This document shows positions 10,561 to 19,940 of a stretch of DNA of 64,000 bases, in pieces. Both the position numbers and the translations under genes were made by a program. Numbering within the stretch: position 1 is the first letter of the stretch; every line of letters starts with the position of its first letter. The stretch is from sequence record PP438435.1; one strand, given 5' to 3'. The notes beneath the pieces are model-generated. The model worked only from the letters and a program-made list of their open reading frames with translations, did no database searches and had not been told where the DNA came from.

Positions 10561-10606
10561 CTAGGCGCCTAGGGGGCATGCTCGCGGCAAGATAGCCTAG
10601 TGTCAA
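10561..10606 (-). promoter_or_regulatory. Putative dnaB promoter region with CTAGGCGCCTAG(G) operator
   Basis: Palindrome core at 10561-10573 (13/14 match to CCTAGGCGCCTAGG); minus-strand TTGACA at 10606-10601 followed by a CTAGGC half-site. -10 element not clear. Confidence 0.6.
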
Positions 10607-11961
10607 GCCCCCACGGATGAGAATGCTCCGGTGTCCGCCGGCGGCGCCGGCATCGGAGGCTTGTCAGCGAGGGCAGCGTCCAGCGCGGCAGTGTTGGCGC
10701 TGAATGACTTCAGGTAGGACTCGTAATCCATTGCAGGTGGTGGTGCCCAACCCGTCTCGTCAAGATGAATCTCAAGCGCTCGGACCGCCTCACTGACGTG
10801 CGGCTGTGAGAGGCGCGAGCCAGCCGCGGTTTCAGCTTGCATGTGCGCCCGGATGCCACTGCTCTCGATCGACGCGACTCGGCGACCCACATCGTTGAGT
10901 GCGTAGTGCAAGCAGCGATCGATGGCCTTTACCCACAAGAAGTCGCTCGTGCTGACGATGCCGGTGTCCTGTGCGGCGCCCAGCAGGCGCGATAGCGAGC
11001 AGCGGATATGCGCGCTGGCGAAGTAGCAGGCCGCGAGTTGGCCTTCGGGGGATAGGGGATCATCGGCCACTCGCGCGCTGTCTAGGTACTCAGCCGCTCC
11101 CCTGTTGAAGCGTTTCAGCATCGAGTCGAGTAGCGCTTCCGCCTTCGGGTCGAGCCGGATTTCCCAGGGGCCGTTGGCTGGCCAGTCGGTGTAGAGCTTG
11201 CCCTTGAGCGTTCGGATCAGGCGCTCTCTGGCTGTCCACGCAGGCCCGAACCCCGCCGAGGCCGCATCCATGAGCTGATCCGCTGCTTTTTTGTCGCCAA
11301 GGATGCGCGCAGCGAAGATCGCGAGCAGTAGGTCCTCTGCGAATGTCCGCGGCTCCGTAGACGGTCGGCCAAGCTGCGCGCCGAAGGCGGCGCTGGCTGC
11401 ATCGGGCCGCCAGGTCGCGCGCGTGAGTTTCGGATCCCGCTTTGGCGTGAGCGCTTTGACGATGACCGCCCACTCGTAGGGCGGTAGGGGCCACCAGAAA
11501 TTGCCTCGCTCCTCGCGCTTGGTTTTTCCCTCAAGCCATAGCACGGGTCTGATACGCGGGAACACCTTTGCGTTGTGGCGCAGCAGGCCCTCGAAGTCGA
11601 GGCGCCTGCGGTAGCGCACCGCCGGCGCTCGACGCCAGATCCAGATCCCGGTCAGCACAAGTCCGATCGACGCCGGCAGAGCCAGGAACCGACCGCTCAT
11701 GCTGATGGCCTCGAACAGCGTGGATGCCGGCAGGTCCTCGGGGACAGGCCGCTTCAGGATGCGCACGAAGCGATTGAAGTCCCGGCGATAGCTCTCTGGG
11801 TACAGAGGCATGACGTGCTGCATGACCACCGCCTGCGCACGCATCGCTGTCCATGTCCGCTCGCGGATGGAGGATCCGAAAGCGACCCACAGTACGATCG
11901 CGAGTAGTGAAATCCCGATCACGGTGGGAGCGATGAAGTCAGGCTTCGGTGCGTCAGACAT
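10603..11961 (-). CDS. icmP: Type IVB coupling-complex protein DotM/IcmP (IncI TrbA-like)
   Basis: Two N-terminal TM segments; C-terminal GIVSTSDFLWVKAIDRCLHYALNDVGRRVASIESSGIRAHMQAE matches the IcmP signature. Confidence 0.88.
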   Translation of the reverse strand: MSDAPKPDFIAPTVIGISLLAIVLWVAFGSSIRERTWTAMRAQAVVMQHVMPLYPESYRRDFNRFVRILKRPVPEDLPASTLFEAISMSGRFLALPASIGLVLTGIWIWRRAPAVRYRRRLDFEGLLRHNAKVFPRIRPVLWLEGKTKREERGNFWWPLPPYEWAVIVKALTPKRDPKLTRATWRPDAASAAFGAQLGRPSTEPRTFAEDLLLAIFAARILGDKKAADQLMDAASAGFGPAWTARERLIRTLKGKLYTDWPANGPWEIRLDPKAEALLDSMLKRFNRGAAEYLDSARVADDPLSPEGQLAACYFASAHIRCSLSRLLGAAQDTGIVSTSDFLWVKAIDRCLHYALNDVGRRVASIESSGIRAHMQAETAAGSRLSQPHVSEAVRALEIHLDETGWAPPPAMDYESYLKSFSANTAALDAALADKPPMPAPPADTGAFSSVGA

Positions 11962-11988
11962 CGGTGCACTCCGCGAGGCGGCGCTGGT

Positions 11989-12690
11989 TCAGGTCGAGGC
12001 GACGGGCGCGGGCGTGCGCCGGCGTGCCAGCTTCTTGGCGATGGTTCCGCGCTTGAGCTTGGCTTCGCTTTGCTTCGCGACGCGCGCTGGCTGAAAGCGG
12101 AAGCGGCTCCGCAGTAGTTCATGGTCATAGCCGCGTGCGATGGCCTCCTGCACGACGTTGTCCATGAACATCTGCAGCACGCGTTTTCGCTGGGATACGG
12201 GCGTGGAGTTGAGCTTGAGCCAGTACAGGAGCATCAAGCGTTCCACTTCCAGCCGCATCGATGAGCCCTCACTCCTTCCGATCCACTTGTAGCCGGCGGT
12301 GCCGTCACGCCCCAGAAGCACAGCGAGGTGCCGGGCTGTGAAGGTCTCGTCGATGTCCTTGCAGAGATCGAACAGCTCTTTGGCTGTTGGAGCTCTCGGG
12401 ATGGGGAGGACGTCGCGGTCTTCGGACAGCACTCGCAGCATGACCGCTTGCGTGATCGACGGGCGCTGCTTGTCCAGGCTGCCCGCGCTCGGCAGCGCGT
12501 TGTTCTTTTTGAGCGCGTAGTACGCCTGCGGCATGAGCCCCAGGAGATACATCATGTCCGGAGCGCGCAAGCCAAATGCGCGCTCCATCACCTGGAAATC
12601 GGAGCCTCGCACGGGGCGATCTTTGGGTATCACGCGTTCGTCCTCTAGGAAAGGAGCACCGGTGGGGTGCAAGATTGATGTGCGAGCCAA
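11989..12690 (-). CDS. Putative DNA-binding protein with two HTH-like segments
   Basis: ERAFGLRAPDMMYLLGL and TARHLAVLLGRDGTAGYKWIG look like HTH units; basic C-tail; TTG start; co-oriented with icmP. Confidence 0.5.
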   Translation of the reverse strand: MARTSILHPTGAPFLEDERVIPKDRPVRGSDFQVMERAFGLRAPDMMYLLGLMPQAYYALKKNNALPSAGSLDKQRPSITQAVMLRVLSEDRDVLPIPRAPTAKELFDLCKDIDETFTARHLAVLLGRDGTAGYKWIGRSEGSSMRLEVERLMLLYWLKLNSTPVSQRKRVLQMFMDNVVQEAIARGYDHELLRSRFRFQPARVAKQSEAKLKRGTIAKKLARRRTPAPVAST

Positions 12691-12733
12691 GTATAGTGTA
12701 TGCGAAACCCCACATCAGAGGCCTGGAGGCCCC

Positions 12734-13534
12734 ATGAACTCACCCATCAACATGGAAGATCCGTTTGCCCGCCACCCCTTGGGCGGGCAAGGGGGGCGGA
12801 CGGTACGCAGCGTGGTCCGCGGCGTGATCACCGCGGATCCGAGGGACGACGCGCCGCCGGCGAAAACGGTGCTGCTGGATCACGTCACCCTTGATCCTTC
12901 CGTTCTCACCCGTCCCGTGCATGGCGTCAGCTTCTTCTTCGGGAAGTCGGATCTTCACATCCTGCTCGAGGCCGCCTTCCATGCAGCCCAGGCCCAGGAG
13001 CGCGTGGCCTACGAAGTGGAGGTGGCCGTCGACATCACGGCTATCAAGCAGGTTGGCGGCTTGCGCGCCGATGACCTGATCGCCGAGTCACTGCGCGCAC
13101 CCGCCAACCGACAGCACTACGTCATCTATCTGAACCGCATGTCGGAGTCCGGCAGTGAGTACCTCGAACAGCTGTTCGCGGACGAGATCGCCGAGTTGCG
13201 CGACCCCGACACTGGTGAGCTGGATGAAGAGGTGAGGGAGTGGCGCTTCCCCAAGATCATCGCGCGCTACCCGCACCTGCTGGACGTCATGGCAGCTCAC
13301 CCGGCCTTCGCGCACGTGATCATGTTCGTATGGGAGTGCGCCGCACCCGCGCCGGCTGGCGGTGTCGTCGAGGGCGCCAAGATCGCGACGCTGTATCACC
13401 CTGGCCGCGTGCTCGAAGTGGAAACCATTGGCGCGGACTTCATTCGCGCGGTCTTGCCCGTGATCGGCGACAGTATCGAAGTCCAGCAAGCGCTTGAGGC
13501 GAAAGGGATTCACGTCGCGGCCGCCGGGATGTGA
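12734..13534 (+). CDS. Hypothetical protein
   Basis: GGAGG RBS before ATG 12734; strongly GC3-biased codons. Confidence 0.7.
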   Translation: MNSPINMEDPFARHPLGGQGGRTVRSVVRGVITADPRDDAPPAKTVLLDHVTLDPSVLTRPVHGVSFFFGKSDLHILLEAAFHAAQAQERVAYEVEVAVDITAIKQVGGLRADDLIAESLRAPANRQHYVIYLNRMSESGSEYLEQLFADEIAELRDPDTGELDEEVREWRFPKIIARYPHLLDVMAAHPAFAHVIMFVWECAAPAPAGGVVEGAKIATLYHPGRVLEVETIGADFIRAVLPVIGDSIEVQQALEAKGIHVAAAGM

Positions 13535-13543
13535 CGCGTGCGC

Positions 13544-13572
13544 TTGCCTGCGTAGCGTTAGCGCACTATAGT
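13544..13572 (+). promoter_or_regulatory. Sigma70-type promoter of the transfer operon
   Basis: TTGCCT-17 bp-TATAGT upstream of GTG 13603. Confidence 0.6.
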
Positions 13573-13602
13573 CTCATCACGACAACGCCTCAGGGGTGGT
13601 AG

Positions 13603-14154
13603 GTGAAACGCATAGTTCTGGGCGCCCGCCGTGTCATCTCTGGGCTTCGCGATCGTCGAAACGCACGCGTCCGCCTGCTGGCGCGTAGCGATGGCGGCAG
13701 CGTCGCGCTGTCGCGGTTGGCTGCGACGCTGCGTCCCGGTACGGCCGGGGGCGTCAGTGTCGAGTACCGCGTGGGCGACGCTGAATCCGCTGGCATCCCG
13801 CTGCTCACGCGCTCCGCTGGCGCAGAAGAGTGGTCGGTGGTCACGCACTTCCCGACCGAGGGCAGGGCAGCGAAGGCGCTTTGCGACCTTGTTCTGCCAC
13901 CCCCGGCTTTCCGTCTCAACTGGCGTGCGGCTGCAGCCACGGCCGCAGTCGTAGCGGCCGTTTTACTGCTGACGCCGGCACCCACTCCCCCGGTCCTGTC
14001 GACCGCCCAGGCGGGAGGCGCAGCCGCACGCCCGTTGAACCTGTCTGCGCCGCTGGACATGCCGCGGCCGTCGATTCAGGCGCCCCCGTTGGCCAGTCCC
14101 GGCGATGAGGGACTGGTCGTCGACATGGAGGAGCTGCTGTCATGCGATCCCTGA
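13603..14154 (+). CDS. Hypothetical membrane-anchored protein, first gene of the transfer operon
   Basis: Central hydrophobic segment AAAATAAVVAAVLLLTP and Pro-rich tail; overlaps next gene. Confidence 0.55.
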   Translation: MKRIVLGARRVISGLRDRRNARVRLLARSDGGSVALSRLAATLRPGTAGGVSVEYRVGDAESAGIPLLTRSAGAEEWSVVTHFPTEGRAAKALCDLVLPPPAFRLNWRAAAATAAVVAAVLLLTPAPTPPVLSTAQAGGAAARPLNLSAPLDMPRPSIQAPPLASPGDEGLVVDMEELLSCDP

Positions 14155-14588
14155 CGCGCATATCGCTGGTCCTGCTGTTGCTGCTCACGAGTCCGTTGGC
14201 AGGGGCCCAGGCGACGCCGTCCTTCTACGTGAAGGTTGACCAGCACTGGTACGCAGTCACGTCGGGTGACGTGGCCATCGACGCAGGCGGGAACCTGGTC
14301 GACATCATTGGCACGGTGCTGCAGACAAGCTGCCGGCGAAGCTCTGGCGCTGTCCCAGCGCTTGGCACGCACAGTGCACTGCTGGGCAACCAGATTTTTG
14401 ACGTCCTGTATGCCAACGACGCCATCCGCCTGCACGCAACGACGCCGCCGGTTGTCGAGATTCGGCCTCCCACGGGTGATGTGTCCTGTGGGGCCGGCGT
14501 CACGCCCCCTCAGCCGATTGTCGATGCTGTTGCAAACCCCCCGGCACCCGGCTTGCAGCCTCTCTTCGCCAACGGTTTCGAGTCTTAA
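14142..14588 (+). CDS. Small secreted protein with C-terminal PLFANGFES motif
   Basis: Signal peptide MRSLTRISLVLLLLLTSPLAGA; two Cys; Pro-rich linker; FxxGFE end. Confidence 0.75.
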   Translation: MRSLTRISLVLLLLLTSPLAGAQATPSFYVKVDQHWYAVTSGDVAIDAGGNLVDIIGTVLQTSCRRSSGAVPALGTHSALLGNQIFDVLYANDAIRLHATTPPVVEIRPPTGDVSCGAGVTPPQPIVDAVANPPAPGLQPLFANGFES

Positions 14589-14591
14589 TCC

Positions 14592-15272
14592 ATGCTCTCA
14601 AAACGCCCTCAAGCACCTGGTGCACAGCAGCCAGCTTCCATGGTGCGCGGCACCGGTCAGCGCGAAACTGTTGCGCTGTCTATCGACTGGCTTCAGGAGC
14701 GGCTGACGTTCGCGCTGCGCGCGAATGCAGCGCTCGCTTTGTGCCTCTTGGTCTCCATCGGCATCAATGTCACGCAGTTTCTCACTGAGCCTGAGCCAGC
14801 GTACTTCGCGGTTGATGATCGCGGGCAAGTGATCAAGCTGACTCCTGTGGACCAGCCATTACTGTCGAACGACGCTCTCGCCCAGTGGGCGAGCGAGACT
14901 GCACGGAAGGCCTACAACCTCAACTTCGTTGACAACGAGCAGCAACTCTCCGTGCTGCGTGATCGCTTTTCGCCGGGCGCGTACAGCGAGTTCCTGAAGC
15001 AGATGGAGCAGAGCGTTTTGCCGCAGGTGAAATCTCAGCGGCTGATCGTGGAAGCCATCGCTGAACCGGCCACGATTCAGCGCAGTGGCTTGAACACCAA
15101 CGGGCACTTCTTGTGGCAGGTGGAAGTGCCCGTGTCCGTGACCTCACATTTCGGTGCCGGCCAGAGCCGTACGCAGCGTTACAAGGTCTCCCTCACCATC
15201 CAGCGTGTCGACAACCGGTTTCGCCCTGAGTCGGGTGTCGTCGTCACGCAGTTCATTTCTCGCCTCGCGTAG
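14592..15272 (+). CDS. icmL: DotI/IcmL (TraM-like) T4BSS protein
   Basis: TM helix then YFAVDDRGQVIKLTPVDQP, LNFVDNEQQL...F...Y..F, WQVEVPV, GVVVTQFI. Confidence 0.9.
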   Translation: MLSKRPQAPGAQQPASMVRGTGQRETVALSIDWLQERLTFALRANAALALCLLVSIGINVTQFLTEPEPAYFAVDDRGQVIKLTPVDQPLLSNDALAQWASETARKAYNLNFVDNEQQLSVLRDRFSPGAYSEFLKQMEQSVLPQVKSQRLIVEAIAEPATIQRSGLNTNGHFLWQVEVPVSVTSHFGAGQSRTQRYKVSLTIQRVDNRFRPESGVVVTQFISRLA

Positions 15273-15281
15273 GGGTCTCCG

Positions 15282-16283
15282 ATGCTGATCCGTCGCTTTA
15301 TTGGTCATGTGTTGATGGCCCTGCCCATCGTCGCGTGCGCTGCTTCCGCCACTGCCCAGGATGCGGTGCCCATGCCCGCGCCCGAGGTCGCCCAGGCTGA
15401 AGCAGCGCCCCCCGTCGAAACGCCGCCTGTGACGGCTTCGCAGGACACAGCAGGCGCTGCTTGGCTGGAGGCGCTGCAGACGCAGTATCCACTCTCGCCG
15501 GGCCAGGTGAAGGAGCTGAGGGCTCGGGATTCCGCGGTGTCCGAAGCGGCAATGTCACGCCCGACGCCTGCGGCAGCGCGCAGCGACATCATCTCGGTGA
15601 GCTTGGAGCCTGGCGCGTCCTCGCCCGTGATCGAGCTGTTGCACGGTTTCGCGACGAGCATTGAGGTGCTCGATGCGACTGGCCAGCCATGGCCCGTGTC
15701 GGTCCCTACGATTGGTGACGCTGAGGCTTTCAGCGTGAACGTCGTCGGAGCGTCGCTTTCCGAAGAGGTGGCGCAAGCCGGCGTGTCGACCCCAGCGGGT
15801 ATCGGGAGCGTCATCACGCTTGCTCCCCTTCGCAAGTTCGCTGCGACCAACCTGATCGTTGTTTTACAGAATCAATCGCGACCGATTAGCGTGGTCCTGA
15901 AGGCTGTCGAGCCCACAGCAACAACGGAGTTCCGTGATCGCGTCACGATCTCGGTGCAGGGCGTCGGGCCCTACGCAAAAAGCGTGTCGGCGAGGGGATA
16001 CGAACACCTGGATGCAGGCGAGGACCTGCGTTCCGCGCTGATCGGACGCCCGCCGCGTGGAGACGCCAAGGAGATTCTGGCGGCGGATCTCCCCGCTGGC
16101 CTGCGCGCATGGCGCGCGGGGAACACGCTCTGGATTCGGACGAATGCCACGTTGATCAGCCCCGCGCATGAAGCGAGTGTCGCTGGCGGTGCGCACCGTG
16201 CGTACCGACTCAGGTATCTGCCTGTCGTCGTAATGAGCGAAGCCGGCACGCTGAAGGAAATCAATCTCCAGGAGGCTCTGTGA
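15282..16283 (+). CDS. icmK: DotH/IcmK (TraN-like) T4BSS core protein
   Basis: Signal peptide; VSLEPGASSPVIELLHGFATSIEVLDATGQPWPV. Confidence 0.9.
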   Translation: MLIRRFIGHVLMALPIVACAASATAQDAVPMPAPEVAQAEAAPPVETPPVTASQDTAGAAWLEALQTQYPLSPGQVKELRARDSAVSEAAMSRPTPAAARSDIISVSLEPGASSPVIELLHGFATSIEVLDATGQPWPVSVPTIGDAEAFSVNVVGASLSEEVAQAGVSTPAGIGSVITLAPLRKFAATNLIVVLQNQSRPISVVLKAVEPTATTEFRDRVTISVQGVGPYAKSVSARGYEHLDAGEDLRSALIGRPPRGDAKEILAADLPAGLRAWRAGNTLWIRTNATLISPAHEASVAGGAHRAYRLRYLPVVVMSEAGTLKEINLQEAL

Positions 16284-17554
16284 CCAACTCGAATGTTCCG
16301 CCGGTAGAAGTGCCTGGCGTGACCCCTGAAGACGGCGGTCCGGTGATTCGTCGAGGGAAGAAGGGTGCAGCCAAGAGTCCGATGCGGCCCTTCATCATCA
16401 TGGGCGTCGCCGCACTCGTGATGGCAGGCGTGCTGGTCGTGTCCTGGATCCAGTCCATGAAGCCCCAGGTTCAGGAGTCGGCGCGCACCGCACCCGTCGC
16501 CGCGAACGTGGAGAATCCCGGGCTCTCGGCGACGGAGGATCCGACCCCCGCGTACCGCGAGATGGTTCTGGAAGAGAACCGGCGTGCCAGTGAGGCCGCT
16601 TTGAGTGGTGAAGGTGGTCGAGCCGTCGTGCCGCCGCTGCTTGGAGAGCGCAACGCTCCGCGGCAGCCGGACCCCGTCGTCACTTTCGATGATCCGCCGG
16701 CGCGTCAGCAGCCGGCTCGAACCACAGGCGGCGCCGTTGACCCCAAGAAGGTGTCCGCGCTCGTGGCTGAGAGTCGCCGCCTCCAGGCGCATTGGACGTC
16801 GCTGGGTCCGGCTGTCAGCACACAGGCTGCCCCGTTGCTGGTGCAGCGCGGGGCAGCTACTGACGCGGCTGCCGCTGCTGGCGGCGCGATCGGCGACGGG
16901 CCTCAAGTGCCTCTATTCGTTGTGCAGACCGCGGTCATGGAGACCGGCGCCAATTCGGACTATCCCGCACCGGTAGTGATGCGTTTGACCGGTGGCCCCT
17001 TGCGCGGAGCCCGGATTGTCGGGGAGTTCCGCGCAAGCTCGACGCAAGGTGTCAGTGATCGTGTGCAGCTGCGCGTATCGAGGATCGAAGTCGACGGCGT
17101 GGTGTATCAGACCGATGGCTTGGCGGTCGACCCCGGCACCCGCATCCCCGCGATCGAGGGCGACATCAATCGCCATCTCGCGCGCAACATTCTGGCGCGC
17201 GGCAGCGTGGCGTTCTTGCTCGGCTATGCGGGTGGCATCACCAGCGGCGCTCGCACCAGCTTCTCCGCGGACGGTGGCTTCGTGACGTCTTCACTCCGTA
17301 CGGGTGACCTGTTCCGCGCAGAAGCATCGCGAGAGGCCGCGTCTGCGGCAAGCGAGATTCGTATCCGGCAGCCTACTGTCACGGTGCCGGCAGGGACCCC
17401 CGTGGGCGTTGTCTTCCTCGAAGGACTGAAGTCGGCGGAGACGTCCGGCGCCAGTTCACGCGGATATGTTGCCGGTGCTGCACCAGCACCTGATGCGGCC
17501 AGCAGAGACGCTACGGGCGGTCAGCTGGAGTTCTCGACGGGCGAGTTCGAGTAA
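16280..17554 (+). CDS. icmE: DotG/IcmE (TraO, VirB10-like) T4BSS protein
   Basis: N-terminal TM; AVMETGANSDYPAPVVMRLTGGPLRGARIVGEF; TVTVPAGTPVGVVFL. Confidence 0.88.
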   Translation: MTNSNVPPVEVPGVTPEDGGPVIRRGKKGAAKSPMRPFIIMGVAALVMAGVLVVSWIQSMKPQVQESARTAPVAANVENPGLSATEDPTPAYREMVLEENRRASEAALSGEGGRAVVPPLLGERNAPRQPDPVVTFDDPPARQQPARTTGGAVDPKKVSALVAESRRLQAHWTSLGPAVSTQAAPLLVQRGAATDAAAAAGGAIGDGPQVPLFVVQTAVMETGANSDYPAPVVMRLTGGPLRGARIVGEFRASSTQGVSDRVQLRVSRIEVDGVVYQTDGLAVDPGTRIPAIEGDINRHLARNILARGSVAFLLGYAGGITSGARTSFSADGGFVTSSLRTGDLFRAEASREAASAASEIRIRQPTVTVPAGTPVGVVFLEGLKSAETSGASSRGYVAGAAPAPDAASRDATGGQLEFSTGEFE

Positions 17555-17557
17555 GCC

Positions 17558-18109
17558 ATGGGTCCGGAAGACAGCCTTCTTCTCTTCGCGAACCAGATGC
17601 CGCCCGTGCAGCGGGCGACGCTGGTGGTCGCGTACCTGATCGGCTTCGTAACGGCCGCCTCTGGCGTCTTCTATATGGCCTTCGGTGGCGGGCGTAACAG
17701 CCAGTACGGCCACGGCCTCGGCTATGGCTTCTCGATGGTCGTGGGTGGTGTCGCGATCATGAATCTCGCGCCTTTCATGACTGCTGTTGGGCTGTCATTC
17801 CTGGGTGCGCCCGTCATGGGCGCCGAGGGTGACGGGATCCTCGGGATGGGACAGATAGGCGGGTCAGGCGATGCCGCTTGGGTCGGCGCGATCTTCAACA
17901 TCCTCATCGCGATCGGGTGGATCTTTTCGCTCTGGGGTTTGATCAATTTGTCGCATGCGGGATCGCGTCGACAGAAGGGCATGGGCGCAGGCGTGTCGCG
18001 CATTGTCGCCGGCGTCGCGCTGGCCAATCCTTACGTGACCGCACAGATCCTGGGCGCGACGTTCGGCGTCTCGGACGTCGTCACTATCCTCGTTCCGCCA
18101 CCGCCGTAA
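17558..18109 (+). CDS. icmC: DotE/IcmC (TraQ-like) inner-membrane protein
   Basis: Four TM segments with VAYLIG and GWIFSLWGL...RIVAGVALAN pattern; expected position after icmE. Confidence 0.75.
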   Translation: MGPEDSLLLFANQMPPVQRATLVVAYLIGFVTAASGVFYMAFGGGRNSQYGHGLGYGFSMVVGGVAIMNLAPFMTAVGLSFLGAPVMGAEGDGILGMGQIGGSGDAAWVGAIFNILIAIGWIFSLWGLINLSHAGSRRQKGMGAGVSRIVAGVALANPYVTAQILGATFGVSDVVTILVPPPP

Positions 18110-18161
18110 GGGGCCTGCGGTCGGAGCACATCTGTTTAGGCCCTCACATGGAGTACGTGCA

Positions 18162-18530
18162 ATGAAAACTGTGAAATCCCTGGTGGCGAGCATCAAGACC
18201 TATGGCCTTGGTGCGGTCATTTTCGCGGCCGCGATGTCGCAGGCGTCGGCGCAGCGTGACGTCGCGGATATTGCGCAGTCGGTGGATGAAACTGGCGGCG
18301 CTCTCGGCTCGGCTGCGTGGACGATGATTGCGCTCGTGGGTTTCGTGACCACGGGCGTCGGTGTGTTCAAGATGATCAAGGCCAAGGAGAACCGCGAAGG
18401 CATGGGTATGGGCCTGGGCATGACCATTGGCGGCGCGGTCATGGCGGCCCTGCCGTTCCTGATCGGTGCGTTCAGCCAGACCGGCTTCGGCGAAGGCGCC
18501 TCCGGCCTCGATCGCATCAACGTCGACTGA
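18162..18530 (+). CDS. icmD: DotP/IcmD (TraR-like) pilin-like protein
   Basis: Signal-like N-terminus, two hydrophobic helices separated by FKMIKAKENRE; follows icmC; high-expression codon usage. Confidence 0.72.
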   Translation: MKTVKSLVASIKTYGLGAVIFAAAMSQASAQRDVADIAQSVDETGGALGSAAWTMIALVGFVTTGVGVFKMIKAKENREGMGMGLGMTIGGAVMAALPFLIGAFSQTGFGEGASGLDRINVD

Positions 18531-18533
18531 GCA

Positions 18534-19937
18534 ATGCGCGGTGCCATCGGTGTTCTCCTTGCGAACGATCCCGTCAAGTTCAGTGAACGCGGCGGCGATT
18601 GCTCTGCTGTGCGCGCATGGGACGCCGATGGCACCGAGATGGCGGACAGCCCCGAGAACTGGCTAGTCGATCGGCTGGCGGGGTTCTGGTGGTCGAATAT
18701 CAGCGGATACGCGCTCAATACGAACCATTTCGGGAGTCGGCAGGATCTCAAAGACGACGCCTTTCTGTGCAGTCGCTTCAACACGATCATCGATGAGCTG
18801 GGGCTGTCTGGCGAGAGCAAGCAGCAGCAGGCGGTAGTGCTTTCGCGGTTGCTGAATCGCGTGCTCGTCAAAGCGCAGGAGGCGCTTGGCACAGAGCTCC
18901 TCACGCCTGAGCGCAGCCTGCCGATTGCGATCCGCAAGAAGTTCTTCAAGCCATTCGGGCGGGTCGGGTTGCTATCACCGGCCGTGCGCCTCGCGCTTGA
19001 AGAGACTGTGCAGGGCTCGACGTTTGCTGGGCGAGCATCCTTTCGGGATGGCAAGACCTTCGTCTTGCGCAACAACCGCGCGCACTACGCAGCGCGACTG
19101 ATGAGCCAGCGAGTGCCCTATGGCGAATGGGTCGAGATGGACCCACCGCAAGACCCGCAGCAAGCCGTCCATTGGGCGCGCAATCTCTTGGAGGGGAGGC
19201 CGCTCCTCATCAACTGCGAAGTGACGTTTCGCGGCCCTCGCGCCCACGATTTGAGCTTGCTTGCGAACATGGGTAGCGGTGCAGCGGCGGTCATGGGTAG
19301 CCGCGGCCGGCGCGCCAATCTGCGCAGCTGGGTGGCAGGCCCCGAGTTCCTGGCGTTGTCGCAGCTGGCCGACATTCGCATTCGCGGGGTTCTCGCCGCG
19401 GACCGGTATGTTGCGAATCCCTGGGCGGGCTTTGCTGCGCTGTCGGACGTAGGTCCTGACGGCGCGCTGCCCTTGCCGTGCGGCCCGCTTCTGCTTCGCG
19501 GTCGCAGCGCTGTTGATTACGACATGGGGCTCGTCGCCGAGTGCTGCGCGTTCGCTCTCACCTCGCAGGAGACGGCGGACCATATCAGCGCCTGGATCAG
19601 CAGCCACGATCGCGCCGCGATGCTGAGCACGTGCGCTGAACTTTTGCACAGCTTCCCGCCGGAGGCGTTCGCGATCGCGGGCTTCTCCCGCGGGCGCGTG
19701 TGGGTGCGCATCTCGACTGAGGATGTCGATATTGAGGACGTTTACGCCCGGGTGGCAGAGATCAGCGAAGCCGGACGCCTGGTGCCGCCGGTGCTGCCGA
19801 AGCCGGGGCCTGCCTCGGTGCGTCGCCTTGAGATCGGTAGACGCGTTAGCGGAGCGGCCGCGTCAGGCAAAGACCTCGAACTTATTCCCGCCGTGGCCGC
19901 CATTCTGGGCAGCCGCGGCACTGCACTTGGAGCTTGA
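18534..19937 (+). CDS. Conserved-looking hypothetical protein in the T4BSS operon (possible degenerate PolB-like fold)
   Basis: 467-aa soluble ORF tightly packed between icmD and icmB; see findings. Confidence 0.7.
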   Translation: MRGAIGVLLANDPVKFSERGGDCSAVRAWDADGTEMADSPENWLVDRLAGFWWSNISGYALNTNHFGSRQDLKDDAFLCSRFNTIIDELGLSGESKQQQAVVLSRLLNRVLVKAQEALGTELLTPERSLPIAIRKKFFKPFGRVGLLSPAVRLALEETVQGSTFAGRASFRDGKTFVLRNNRAHYAARLMSQRVPYGEWVEMDPPQDPQQAVHWARNLLEGRPLLINCEVTFRGPRAHDLSLLANMGSGAAAVMGSRGRRANLRSWVAGPEFLALSQLADIRIRGVLAADRYVANPWAGFAALSDVGPDGALPLPCGPLLLRGRSAVDYDMGLVAECCAFALTSQETADHISAWISSHDRAAMLSTCAELLHSFPPEAFAIAGFSRGRVWVRISTEDVDIEDVYARVAEISEAGRLVPPVLPKPGPASVRRLEIGRRVSGAAASGKDLELIPAVAAILGSRGTALGA

Positions 19938-19940
19938 CGG

